NCBI GenBank assembly: GCA_004431415.1
Contig: QPMI01000416.1
Span: 620,001-684,000 of the forward strand
Source of the DNA: Cyanophora paradoxa CCMP329
Taxonomy: Eukaryota; Plantae; Glaucophyta
Direction of reading: 5' to 3'
Length of the DNA stretch: 64,000 nt
Both the position numbers and the translations under genes were made by a program. The notes under the pieces were generated by a model. That model was given only the letters and a program-made list of their open reading frames with translations, ran no database searches and was not told the origin of the DNA. This document shows, piece after piece, positions 12,401-25,000 of this stretch. The stretch's first letter is position 1. Each line of letters begins with the position of its first letter.

Positions 12401-14444
12401 GTTTTTTTGGATAGTTCGGATCACACATATTCACGAGAGTATTCGTAACTGTGCAGGACCTTGGACAGGCTAAGCGGTGGGCAAAAATGGCGGCCAAGCG
12501 GGGGCACACGCTCGCCGAAGAGGCGCTGCAGTGCAGGGCTTTGGATCAGATGGCGCACGCGTCGGAGACAGCTGCAGCTTCACGGGTTCGCGATCGGGAG
12601 CTCAGCGCCGGCGCCACGGGCTCCGTCGAGGAACGGGAGAACATGGACCCCGCTCTTAAGTTTACGTGCGTCGACTCCATTACGATCCGATCGGATCCTG
12701 TGATTTCAATTCGATCGGTGTCCCAGATCGCTCAAGGAGCTCGAGCCCACAAATTCGGATTCGGCATCGCGCTCGGAGACAAATTCAAGTGGCGCTTACG
12801 ATATCGAAAATATGCAGGTGATTAATATTGGTTTTGCAGCCTTGCCGCCGTGCCGTCGGCGAAGCGGCGTATTTCTGCCGCAACATTTAGAGCGCTTGCG
12901 CACACGCGCACGAGCGGCGTATTTCTGCCGCAACATTTAGAGCGCTCTAAATGTTGCGGCAGAAATACGCCGCTTCGCCGACGGCACGGCGGCTGATCGA
13001 CGCATGTCGCCACCGCGACGCGGGGATGGATCTTCTGCGGCAGGGACACGTGCCGGCTGCGATTCGCGCTCTTTCCGAGTGCCTCAAGCGCGCGGGCATC
13101 GTGGCGGACGTACCCGACCCTATACTATCAGGACTGATGGTGAGCGCACCATATGCATGGCCATGGGCCACGATTATTGCAGTGCACGTGCACGTGGCTC
13201 TTCCTGAAGATTTTGCAGGCGGCCACGGAGATCATCCTTGAGCAGAATCCGAACGAAGTGGATGCTCTGTTTTTCAAAGCTTGCATGCTCGGGAGAACGA
13301 GGTGAGGCGTTGCTCCAGTGTCGAGTCCGCGCCTTCCTGAATGTACAATTTCGCCTTCCCTGCGAAGTACACCGGCCTGGCCAGAACAGTGCGCCAGCCT
13401 CGCGACGAAATGCATCCAACTGGATCCTTGTCAAGCAGGGTACGGTATCTCTCGCTCTTCATGTGCTTTGTTTTGTTCCGAAACGTTTTACTCTTCGTAC
13501 GCGTGTCAAAGGTTCTACCGCTTGCGGGGCTGCATGCTCTCCCATGGTCCGAATGCGCGATTTGATCTGGTTCGTATAATAGATTGCACGTTTTTTGCGT
13601 CCGCGAGATTTAGAATTGTGAGCGGCTTAAAGCTTGTGCAGGCGATTCACGACTTCGACAAGGCCCTCGCAATAATGACCGAGTCGGGGGACCCAAACAG
13701 GTGCTGCGGGGCTTACTAAAATTTTAAGCTGTTGTTGATTCATCCGAACTTATTCGATCTGCAGATACGAAGTGCTTTACCTGCGCGCAACTGCGATGCA
13801 TATGTTGGAGATGAAAATGCACGTGTCCGGTTTGCAATATGAGGAAAAGGCTGAAAAGGTTCATTGCGGAATTTTGCATGATCATGAGTGTCCATCTTTG
13901 CGATCGATTCCTCAGGCACTCGAAGAGTTCGTTCAACAGGCTCCGCCAGACGAGAGGAACGTTTCTCAGGTATGATCATGAACGCCACCTTGCAATTAGC
14001 AAGAGTGAAGACGATAAGGAAATTATTTTAGAGCGCAAACGAATACTTTCACAATTTCTTCTGATGACTCGTTCGCAGGCGCTGTACCAGCTGTGCATTA
14101 TCCAGATTCAAACCCTTGGCGATTATAAGGCGGGCAAGGAGACTTTCGAGCGGGCGAAGGAGGCGGAGCGGCGCCGTCTGCCAGTCTTCCCCGCCGACGC
14201 GGAGTGCCCCCACAAGAACCAGGCCGCGCATGCGATGGAGCTCTTGCGCCAAGCTCGAGTCCCGCCCCCACAGAGGCGCGGGAATTGCGTGCACGTGTGC
14301 TGCGCGGCGTGCAGTGCAGAGGGCACGTCCCTGAAGGAGTGCGGCCGCTGCCGCGCGGTCTCGTACTGCAACGCGGAGTGCCAGCGCGCCCACTGGAGGC
14401 AGCACAAGGCGGCTTGCAAGGCGGCGCCCCCGGCGGAGGAATAA
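9453..14444 (+). CDS. TPR / Sel1-like repeat / TPR / zf-MYND protein, paralog A (lacks the N-terminal domain of B and C)
   Basis: TPR exons: AEELNAKGN, LYEQGSYEEAIKLYEKAQKLE. Sel1 repeats: GNAEAMYNLAKHYE, KDLTEAARWFRKGAENG. C-terminal MYND finger: CAACSAEGTSLKECGRCRAVSYCNAECQRAHWRQHKAAC. Confidence 0.88.
12844..12993. repeat. Intronic perfect 62-bp palindrome plus a 53-bp inverted copy of the intron/exon junction
   Basis: 12913-12974 is self-complementary. 12844-12896 is the reverse complement of 12941-12993. Confidence 0.95.
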
Positions 14445-14659
14445 TTTGAGCTAGCGACCTGTCGCAAGATAACACGCTTAATCAGCTGCAGCTAAAACAC
14501 GGCCGCGGACTCGTTGTAACAGCAATATTAATCTGTTACACAACTGCAACGTTAATCTCTCTATTGCGCTATATGGCTAGCGCCGTCGTACGTTGTATCT
14601 GCTGCTATGCTGCTATGCTACTTTGCAGGGCGAATTCGAACGACATGTACAGACCACCG

Positions 14660-17600
14660 CTATTCTGCAGGAGCTGCCTTGCATGCCTTCTTGTGCTGCT
14701 TCCAGTGGGCCCGCTGGCAGTCCGCGTTGCAATAGGAGACCGAATGGCAGCGGCCGCACTTTGCCGAGGCTCCCTCCTCCCCGCACGCTGCACAGCTGAC
14801 ACTTTCCTTGCAATCACGCGGCGCTCGTTTGCGAGCTCGCTGCATGAGCTCGATCGTCTGCGTGGCGACGGTCTTGTGGGGGCAGTCCGCTCTGGTGGGC
14901 GGGAAGAGCGGCAGCCGGCACTTCTCCGCTTCCATTGCCCGCTCAAGGGTCGCTTTTGCCATTTCGAAGTCGCCAAGCTCGTGTATCTGCCGAATGCAGA
15001 GCTGATAGAGGGCCTGCGAATCCGAATCCGGACGAATAAAGACTAAGTTTTAAAAGGAGCATTGTACAATAAAAGCGGGACGCACTTCGGAAACTTTTCT
15101 GTCGTCTGGCGGAGCCTCTCTGATGTACTCCTCGAACGCCTGATTGATATCACTCGCATGGACGATACACACATCCCTGTGCTGCACGCATACCTGGCGC
15201 GCCTTGCCTGGAGCTTGCGATGAATCGTGGAAGAGCGATGCAGCGCGCAAGAATAGCATTTCATATCTGAAGTGGTCGGTCATAATCAGATTTCAATAGA
15301 CTACTAGGCTACTTCAGATTATTCTAGACGGGCGAACCGGTACGGGTCCCCTGACTCCGTCATGATCTCAAGGGCCTTATCAAAGTCACGGACAGCCTGC
15401 GCACATGCGCAAGCTGCTTTTAAGAGTCGCATGCATTCGCAGATTTATGCGTTCGATGTGGTCTGAAACTCTGGAAGGCGAAACTCAGATTTGGCGGCAC
15501 AAAGTGCGCACCCTCTTGAATTGTCTGGCGAAGCTGAGCATGCAGCCTCGGAAGCGGTAGAACCTAATCGGCATCATTAGGACCGGATTGACCTCAGAAG
15601 AAGGAAGCTTCGACTCAAGAACCCTGCTTGAGAAGGGTCGAGAAGAATACACTTCGTAGCGATGTCAGCGGATTCCTCGGGAGATCTTCGAATTCGCCCG
15701 TAAGCAACGTTAACGCGAGATCACGCAGCAGCGCTAGCGTGAGATCACGCAAGCAAGTCTATAACTAGTTGTGGCATCTCGCTCCTATGAGCACCGGTAC
15801 CTATGAGCAAATGCTCGTTCACGTTTATATTCTATACCGAAACGGTCGAAATCCGGGAGTGCGAATTGGCGGGCACCTCGCCCCTATGAGCACGGTAGCG
15901 TTAACGAACAGCGCATTGACGTCGTTCGGATCCTCCTTGAGTCGATTCTTGACTGCGTCCTGTTGCAGCCGTGTATTAGTAAAGTAAATTGAGGCATGAA
16001 CGTTCCGACTTGCAATCTGCGCAGAAAGACAACAATCCAAAGAACGAACGAGAAGCAGTGGCATAACATAGCCCGGATATTGCGCCACGATTTCTTCGCG
16101 CTTGTGGCACTCGGCCAGCGCGCAGAAGGCGGCTGGGAATTGCCCCTGGAGCAGCAGGCTCATGCCAGTGTCGAAGTAACGGCGGGCGTCCATCAGCCGC
16201 TGCGCCGTTGGCGACGAAGCGTACTTCTGCGTATGCACATTTCATGTCATGAAAGGATCCTAGCGCTAATTAAATATTTCGCAAGGAGCACTCGCCTGCA
16301 GGCTCGCCATGTCGTATGCACGAATGCCGCCGGATCCTGGCTCCTGCATCACGGTTTTCTTCAACGTCGGTACCGGAGCGGGCTTTTGGGCCAGCGCCAC
16401 CATGCGCTTAAAAGACCTGAACAGCCTGTCGTATACAACTCGACGTTTCAGATTCGAACAATTCGCGCACGCGAGAGCGGCTTCCACGTCCTCCCGCCGC
16501 GCAGGATCATCGATCTCCTCCAGCAGCGGCGTCGGCCCGTCTCGAAATGTGTACGTCTCCAGGTCGAAGTTGAGCTTCTGCGCCATCTCGCGGTCGTCGA
16601 CGTCCACCCGATCCAGGCCCCAGCTCTTGAGTGCCCTGTCCGCCTCCTTGAATCCGCGCTTGGCCGCAATTTTCAACATCTCGCGCTCATCGAAGCCCGG
16701 CGTCGTTATCCGATCCAGGCGCTCGCCGAAGGCCCGCCTCCCGGTCCAGCGCCGCCGCCTCCCGCCGCCGCCACGCTCGCGGAGAGCCGGTCCAGCGCCG
16801 CCGCCTCCCGCCGCGAGCGGCAGAGGTTCAGCCCGTGGTCCAGCGCCTCCTTGATCCAGGCCTCCTTGTTCAGGATCCAGGATCCAGAGGCTTCGACGCC
16901 GGGCTTCGATGAGCGCGAGATAACGAGCGGCAGAGGTTCAGGATCCAGGATCCGGCCAAACGGCCAAACGGGGGTGCGTGGTCCACGAAGATGGCGGCCA
17001 AACGGGGGTGCAAGGATCCCGTTTCGGCCTCCTTGCACCCCCGTTTCGCCGCCATTTTCGTCCATTGCTTCGCCTTCCCGATGTCCTGCCGTATTATGTT
17101 AGTCGCTTCGATATGAGCATTAAGGATGAATAAAAACCGCCAAAGTAACCTTTTCCACCCCGGCGCCAGTGAGCAACAGCTTAGAATACGCAAAGCAAGC
17201 TTGTGGATGACCTAAATATCGCAAATTAAAACTCATGATCAATCAAACCATCGACTGTCAAAGGGCTTTTGAAATTCTGCTACGATTCAAGCACCCTTTT
17301 GGGCTGCCTTCAGGACCCAATCTGCGCCTCGCTTCGGGTCCGAAACCTCGTCCTTCTCTTTTCTGTCGACGAAGAATATGCTTGATATAAGAAGAAACTA
17401 TTCGAGCCTGATAATCGTAAATTGTAATATGTAAATTATCCACTCACTTGGAAAGAGATTCGATAGAACCGGCAAGCAGCAAGCCCAACATGCACATTCC
17501 ATCTTCTAGTCCGGCTTCCGCGGATTTCTGGAGCCACGCCCTCGCCTCCTGCACAGATCTTGAAGCGCCGTCCCGGCCGCGCTGCCTTGCAGTCAGCCTA

Positions 17601-20600
17601 CGAGATCTAGAGCAGGCGCCATTTGCAATTGGCGGGTGGGCTGCGGCACCAAGTACGCCAGGCCGAGGTTGTACATCTCCTCTGGCAGTCCCTTGTTCGC
17701 AGCATCGATGCGTGCCTTGAGCGCATCGGCCGGCGACGCCGAGAGCCGCGCCAGAGCGCTCGTTGCCATTGGAAGATCTTGCTTTGCCGCCTTCTCGTAC
17801 CACGTCCTAACGTCAGCGTCAGCGTGATATGAATACAGTTTGTTTTACTAGCTATAGGTTATAATTACCGTGCCACTGCAAGATCGATGGGAACTCCCTG
17901 GCCGTACTCGTAAAGCACACCGAGATTGAACTTAAGGAGGATCAAGTGAGCCCGAGCGGAGTGAGCGGAGGATCATTGGTTAGCATCAGCCGGGCGCACC
18001 TGCGACACCGAGTATCCCATCTCGGCCCCCTTCCGGTACCAGCGAGCAGCCTCCGCCGGGTCTTTGGGGACTGAAAAAACGATGTACATGTCACGTTACG
18101 TATACGCATCGCTCAGATAAAAGCCTTCAAAAAGACATTTACGCACCCCCGATGCCATTCTTGTAACAGTAGCCGAGATTATTTAATGCGCAAATGTGGC
18201 CCGGACCCTTCGTATCTGTGAAAATATCGCCGTCAAATTAATTATTTTTTTTGGTGAATTACCGGCCACAGTCTCTAGACACCAGCACTGCGGGGGCTGC
18301 CCAGGGGGCATAAAGACAAAAAAGCAAAATAACTAAGACAAGAGCACGAAGAAAGATAAGACAAAGAGCCAAAATCGACAATAATAAAGAAAAGACACAG
18401 AGCTACATGTAGTCAAATTAATTAGCTACATGTAGGTGTGCAATATATTGATAAATCATGAATCATATTTTTGAATCATGCTCACCGCTCTCGGCCGCCT
18501 TGCGGAACCAGCGAACGGCCGCCTCCGGGTCCGGCTTCATGCCGACGCCGTCCCTGTTCATGCAGCCGAGCGCGTTGAAGGCCTCTGCGACCCCCACATT
18601 CGAGGGCTGGCCAGGGAAGCTGCAGATAGGCTGCGAGGCGGCTCTCTGGTGAAGACGATCGCGATGCATAATTAAAGCGAGTCCAAGAGAATGGGCGAGC
18701 CCAGGAGCATGATAGCGAATTCGAAGGGCGCACATTCAGCCAGCTGATTGCTTCTGCGAAGTTCTTCTCATTCTCTTCAAAATGCTTTGCGAGATTGTAC
18801 ATCGCTTCCGCGTTGCCCTTCTGCTCATGATCAAATTAAAGGTACGTATACCAGTCAATTGCAAATAACGAATGTGATATATTATGTTAAGCCAAGCTCT
18901 TGCCTTTGCGGCCTGAAGATAGAGCTCAGCAGCGCGCTGCAGATCCTTCTTTCGCCCATGCGTCCCATCCCGGCACATGTGAGCCTCTTGGCAGATCTTC
19001 ATTGAGATAGTATAGTTCCGGAACTGTTCCTGTTGTTCTTCCGTCGCGTTTCGCATAAATCTGAAACAGCGTCGAAAATGGCGTCGATATGATCATGAGA
19101 GAGGCGATACGAATTCATTCAAAACGCACTCCGCGGTTAATTTCGCATTTTCCTGCACTGTTGCGTACTCTTCTTTGAAGACGGATAGCGCAACATTCTG
19201 CATCGATGTGTCCGTCATTGGGCCCCGAATGTGCTGTTCATAAGATAAGCTTCGAGATACGCTGTATGAGATAAAGTCTAGAGACAAATTCGCACCTTCG
19301 CTGCAATTTCCTGACGGCAACAGGAGATCCCGTGCTCGATAGCGGCGCGGGACTCGTTTGAGCCGGCTTCGTCTTCGAGCTTCTGAGCCTTCTCGTACAG
19401 TCGTATGGCCTCCTCGTAGCTCTCCTGCTCATACAGAGCCGTTGCTGTTTGATAGAGTTGGGTGCGACATAATTCAGCTCGATTTAATGAGTAAGTTATA
19501 GAAATAAAACTCGGACCCATGCGAATGACAGGCCTTGCCCACTTGGGATCAAGCTTGCTCGCCGCTCTTGCGTCGGCATAAGCCTGGGTGCGCGGAGTGA
19601 ATAATCAGCCATCTCTACAATCACGATATCTTCGTGATTTGAAGATGAAAAAGCAGACCTCATTGTGTTTAAGCAGCTTCAAGCGTGCCGCAGCCCTGGA
19701 TTCAAGACGCCCGATCATCGGATGATATGAGTCTCAGAACAAGCTAAAGGCCCCAGCTGCAGGCCCGGAAGCGTGGTTCGCAAGTCAACGCACCTGTTGG
19801 AGGGGTACTTGGCCGCGCCCGGGTCCGCCTCCATCGCCGCGCCGTACCAGACCTCCGCCTCCGCGTTGCGGCCCGTCTTGAAAGCGTCTTCAGAGGCGTC
19901 AATCGAGAGCTTAGAAAATTGAATATGTAGCGCTATCTGCCTCATACCCCAGCTCACCGTTTCCTTTCGCGTTAAGCTCTTCGGCGCTGGCACCCGCGGC
20001 CCGCGCGGCCTTCATCGCGGTCTTTGCGGCACTCGCTTCCGCCTCCTCCGCCGCCACCTCGCTCTTCGTCTTCCGTGTCTTGCTCTTGCCGCCAGCTGCA
20101 GCTGCAGCTGCCGGCTTCGCAGCAGCTGCAGCTGGAGGGGGCATCCCTGCAGACGACGCGGCCCCAGGAGCGACGAAGACGACGTCTGCTGGGGAGTCCA
20201 CTCGAAGGAGCCGGGTTCCGTCCCCGACGGCGATCTGCATCGTTATATATATCATCAGACTGCATGAGATACGTACACGTATACGTAGTAATTAATGAAG
20301 AAGAAGAGTAAATTAAATATTAATGCGATCGTATAACAATTAATTTTGATAGAAATTGAGCATTTCCCGTTAGTTATATACTGGCATGCACCTTGTAGAA
20401 CGGATTGCGGATGCAGACCTCTCTACCCGCGGCGAATGCCTGCCGCACGCCGCCATACTGCCGCTCCGCCGCCCGCTCGCAGTTGTAGAACGCGATTTGC
20501 AGGAGCGGGCCGGTACCGTCCGGCTTCGCGAGGACCTGGTAGACGCCGTTCGTCGGCCGCGGCGCAGGCTCTTCAATGAGGCGGCCGCGGAGAACGCGCT

Positions 20601-20931
20601 TCCTGTGCACTTCGCCCAGCTGAAGCTGCTCTACGGTAATCGGCGTGCACTTCGCGAGGCTGCTTTCACTGCCGAAACTGTCCTTCGGTTGCTGCGGGGG
20701 CCCCAAGCCGGCCGCACCATCGAGGACAACCGCGCACGCGCCTCCGAAGCCATGAGGTCCTAGATACGGAACCAACCGAAGAGTGTTGCCATGCCTTCTA
20801 AGGATCTCCTCATCGTCACAACTCAAGGCGCCGGCCGCGGCCGCCGATCGGTTAGACTGGCTGGACGCGCCGACGCCGCCCAAGCTTAAGGGTCCGAACA
20901 TGCGCAAGAGCTCATCTACCGACACCGCCAT
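14660..20931 (-). CDS. N-terminal domain / TPR / Sel1 / TPR / zf-MYND protein, paralog B; possibly disrupted by a scrambled insertion at 16678-17055
   Basis: Same exon series as A and C on the minus strand, from MAVSVDELLRMFG to CAACGEEGASAKCGRCHSVSYCNADCQRAHWKQHKKACKAAPAE*. There is an in-frame stop at 16870 inside the insertion unless it is spliced out. Confidence 0.8.
18232..18424 (-). mobile_element. Short 5'-truncated non-LTR retroposon-like insertion (167 bp) with A8 tail and 13-bp target-site duplication
   Basis: GTCAAATTAATTA occurs at 18232-18244 and 18412-18424, with T8 at 18245-18252. The host intron is about 270 nt versus about 97 nt for the equivalent intron in paralog C. Confidence 0.75.
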
Positions 20932-22091
20932 CTCCCTAGCTGCCCTGCGAGCTCGCGCCGCCGGGCGGCCGCCGACTTTGACAGGACGGTGATTTCGACC
21001 GAAATTTTGACGTGACTGTACCCGTCCGAGCAGCCAGCAGTTATGACGTGACGCCGGACGTCGACGTCGCGATCGGCCAGAATATATACGTATACGTATA
21101 CGTACTAGTACTGTACAGTACTTGCGCAGGCGCGGCAGTTACCAGCAGGAACTCGGAAACGGGCTTATAATGCTATGCATATATGCTAGCGCTCAGCGGC
21201 CCTGACAGCGGAACTTGCTGCGGAAGGCGCAGCCGTGCAGTTGCCGCAGTGCTACGGAGCCTACGGTACGTTTGGCATCGTGTGCACCTCAGGGCCTCTG
21301 CTCGAGCTCGGCGCGCGCCGCAGCTGCAGCTGGAGAATCATTGAATCGACGTCGACGTGCTAAGCCCGTGAAGGCTTGCGCGCGCGCAGCGCTCCGGATC
21401 GCCGGTCGCCGAGTCGGCGCGCGCGCTCGCGATCGGCGACTTCGAAGGTCTAGAGTGCGGTTCGAATCGCAGGTTCGATCTGCGCTAGCGCCGCGGCCTG
21501 CGTCTCGCGGGCTGCGAGTGCCAAATTCAAGCCTTGCTGTCGACGGTAACGTTGTCGCGCGCGCACCCTGCTAGCGCTGCGCCTTGTACGGCCCACGGAC
21601 GGCACTGCCAGGCCCTGGCCCCCCCCCCCCCCCCCCGGCGCGCGCCCTCCCCGCCCTCACTCCTTTCCCCTAAAACTTGTCCTGCGCATGCTTGTCCTCC
21701 GTCCTCCCTCGCCCCCCCCCCCCCCCCCCCCCCCCCCCCCGCCCCCTCTCCCTCCCCCTCTTCCTTTCCCTCACCCTCCTTTTCCCTCTCAGAGTCTCCA
21801 GAGTCTCTCCCGGGGCCGGCCCCCTCCATGCTCTCGAGACTCCAGTCCGGGATTCTAGAACTTAATGACTTGCGCACGAATTCGTAAATGAAAGACCAGG
21901 TCGAATCTCGCACGCCGTGGCGCAGAATAATGATCGTCGTATATATAGCGGGGTTCGACCCCTCATGATTAGGGCCTACGTATACGAGAAGCACCAACAC
22001 AAGCACCAGACAGATTACGCCTTGGACTAGAAGGCACATGCATACAAGATACACACTACGGCAAGGAGGAAAATAAACCAAATTCAGTCTG

Positions 22092-25000
22092 CTACTGGGG
22101 TAGATCCGGCTTAGAAGGCAAAGTCTGCTGGCATGTGTTGGTCGAACATTGCCTTGTTGCTCGAAGGGCGCGCCCCGCGCCGCCTCGACCCGCCGCTCGC
22201 CGGCACCGCCGCCACCGCCTGCGGCGCCGCCGGGACGTAGACGTACCCGCCCGCCGCGCCGTACGCGGGGCGGTACCCCCCGCCGACGCGGACGCCGCTG
22301 GCCCCGGCGCGGCGAGGGGCCCCGAAGGAGGGGCTGGACTGGCCGAGGCGGGCGGAGGGCGGGGCGGGGCCTCCTGCACGAAGATGGGACCGGAGACGGA
22401 GGCGCGAAGCGCGGCGAGGAGGGCGGCCCGCTGGTACGCGTTCCCGCGGCGCGGGGCGAAGGACGGCGGCGGCGCGGCGAGCTGGACGACGGGCGCGGCG
22501 ACGGCGATGGCGGGCCGCGCGGCGGCGGCGGCGTCGTCGGCGCGTGCGGGCCGTGGACGGTCGCCTCCGCGCGGCGACGTGGACGTGGGTCGGAGTGCCC
22601 GCCGCGGGCGGAAGGCCAGGCCCGGGCCCGAGCCCCGCCTGTGCGTGGGGTCCCGGGCTGCGCTACGGCGGAGTGGTGCCCGTGCCCGTGCCCGTGCCGC
22701 CGAGAAGAGGAAGAAGAGGAAGAGCCGGCGTGGGAGGGGCCGGCGCCGGCGCCGCCGCCGCTGCCCGCGTGGACCCGCCGCCGGTTGTCGCCAGGGGCGG
22801 CGGGGGCGCTCGCCACGCTCGCCGTCTCCGACGAGTCGTCCTCGCCCGCCGGCCCCGGCCCCGAAGCCATCAACGCCCCCGCCGCGAACCGAACCGGCGG
22901 CTCCGGAAGGGTCGACGAGTCGGCGCCCGCCGATTCGCCCCCGGACGCTTCGAGTTCCTCGGGCAGGGCGGAGCCGCCGCTGGTGCCGGCGGCGGCCGCA
23001 GCCGCTGCTGCTGCCCCAGCGTGGGCGGCGTGCGCGGCCGCTGCCGCGCCCGCCTCCGCCGCCGCGGCCGCAGCCACCACCGCCGCCGCCACGTCCTGGA
23101 TCTCCGAAGCGTACCTAAGAGCAGCTTAAGCTCTAACTAATTATAACGTTGAAACGCTTAAGAAACGCACCGCGCGATGCCCTCGTCCATCGTGTGGGAC
23201 TTGCGCATGCCGCCGAGGCCGCCGCCGCCGCTTCCTCCGAGCTCGAAGGGCGCGTGCGGCACCGCCAGCGTGGCGGCGGCGGGGAGGGCGGACTCCGGAA
23301 TGGATCCCAGCGGCGCCGCGGCGGCGGAGGCGGAGGCAGAGGCGGAGGCGGGGCCCGATCCCAGTAGGCTGCTGAACAGGATCTGGGGTACGCCTCCCCC
23401 CGCCGCGTTCGATCGCGCCGGCACCAGCGCGGCCGCCGGCGGGTGTGCCTCCAGCAGCGACGAGATCGCCTGCGCCGAAAGTTGACGGTAGCGAATCGAA
23501 GGTAGAAAGGGGGGGGGGGATGTACCTCGGGGTCCGAGGCGGGCCGGGGTACGGCGGTCGGGGCCGGCGGAGCGGGCCTACCCCCCTCCTCCTCGGAGCT
23601 GCTGTGGTACTGGACGTCCTCGACGGCCGTGGCGCCGGCGATGGCAGACGAAGCGGCGGCGGCGGCGGCGGCGGCTGGGGCTGGGGCGGGGCGCCCGGCG
23701 GTGGATGGGGCCGTCCTAAAGGACTGGGCGCGGGGCAGCGCGGCGGCGGCGGCGGCCGCCGCCGCCGCGGCCGGCGCGACGCCCATCGACGAGAGAAGCG
23801 ACGCCGCGGCGGCGACGGCGGCCGCGGAGACGGCGGCAGAGCCGGCGGGCGCCGCCGGCTCGCTGCTGGCGGTCCGGAGGGCTTGCGGCTCGGGCGCCGC
23901 CCCCGCCTCCTGAGCCCAGCCGAAGCATCGGCAAAAGGGAGAAGGTGGGGAGGAGCGGGGGGGGGGGGGGGGGGGGGTTACCTGGGACTCCTTCGCGTAC
24001 GTGGCGAAGAACTGGAGTGGGGTACCGCGTCGAACCGCGACACAGGCGAGACAGATGGGGCGGGGAGAGGGGGAGGGGGGGGGGGGCGCACGTCGGGATA
24101 CGGGTGGTGCTCGTTGAGCTTAAGGATGGCCCCCGTAACGTGCTCTACCCCCCGCTGCGGGCCGCCCCAGTGCGTCAGAGCGAAGTGATACTAGAAGCGT
24201 TCAGGTGGGTGGCCAAAAGGAGCTGCTAAAAGGAGCTCTCTGATGCCCCCTCTCCCGTCCTCCTACATCCCCCCCCTCCCCCCCCTCCCCTCTCCTAATG
24301 CCCGGCACCCCTTTTCCCCCTCCCTCCTCCTATTCCCCGTCCCTCTACTATTCTTTCCCCGCCCCCCCACACCCCCCCCTCCCCCCCCCCCCCGGACCTG
24401 GTAGTCGTGGCCGGGGAAGTCGGAGGCCTCCTCGCCGAAGGGGTTCTCCAGCTCCCGGTGGATCTCCAGCAGCCCTGCCCCCGAGGCGAGGCGCGGCCGG
24501 CGTCATCTCGGCGAGTCAAAGGGCAGAGGGAGGGGGGTGGAGGGCGCCGAAGCTGCTCTGAGATGGCAGAGAAGCCTTGCTCCCGGTCGGAAAGCTAAGG
24601 CGGCTAAATATAGCTTAAGATGGCAGCGATGCCGGGCGCGGCCTCGCCACATAGACCGGCCTCGGGCTCGGAAAGCTATATATCTAGGCTAAGAGCGGCC
24701 ACGCTAGCCAAGATCAGGGCCGGACGAATTTCCTGGCCCGCCCACCCGGCCGCTGGGGCGCACCTGTGAAGACGATGCGGTTGCCGACGAGGAACGCGTA
24801 CGCGAAGAAGAGCTGCCGCGGGAATGGTCATGGCGAGGACGGGGCAGGGGGCAGGGGGGCAGGGGGCCAGGAGGACGGGCCCGGGAGCAAGGGGGCAGGG
24901 CGGCCGCAGCAGCGGGCCATCTAGGCCAGACTCTGAGAGAGGGAGGCGGGCGTAGTCGCGCGAACCCACGGCTCACTCTAGGTCTTTAGAAGGGGGGCGA

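Noticed and set aside
15996-17102. 368-aa plus-strand ORF
   Set aside because: Antisense shadow of paralog B exons.
21040-21125. Cluster of short palindromes (gacgtcgacgtc, tatacgtata, agtactgtacagtact)
   Set aside because: Such short palindromes are common throughout the intergenic DNA here, and I could not support a specific element.
21527-22090. Hydrophobic TM-like stretch at the end of the 521-aa ORF
   Set aside because: Probably read-through into UTR and homopolymer sequence. It has no family motif or splice support.
22135-23140. Overlapping long Arg/Pro/Ala-rich plus-strand ORFs
   Set aside because: Stop codons are scarce in very GC-rich DNA, and these ORFs are antisense to the bestrophin tail.
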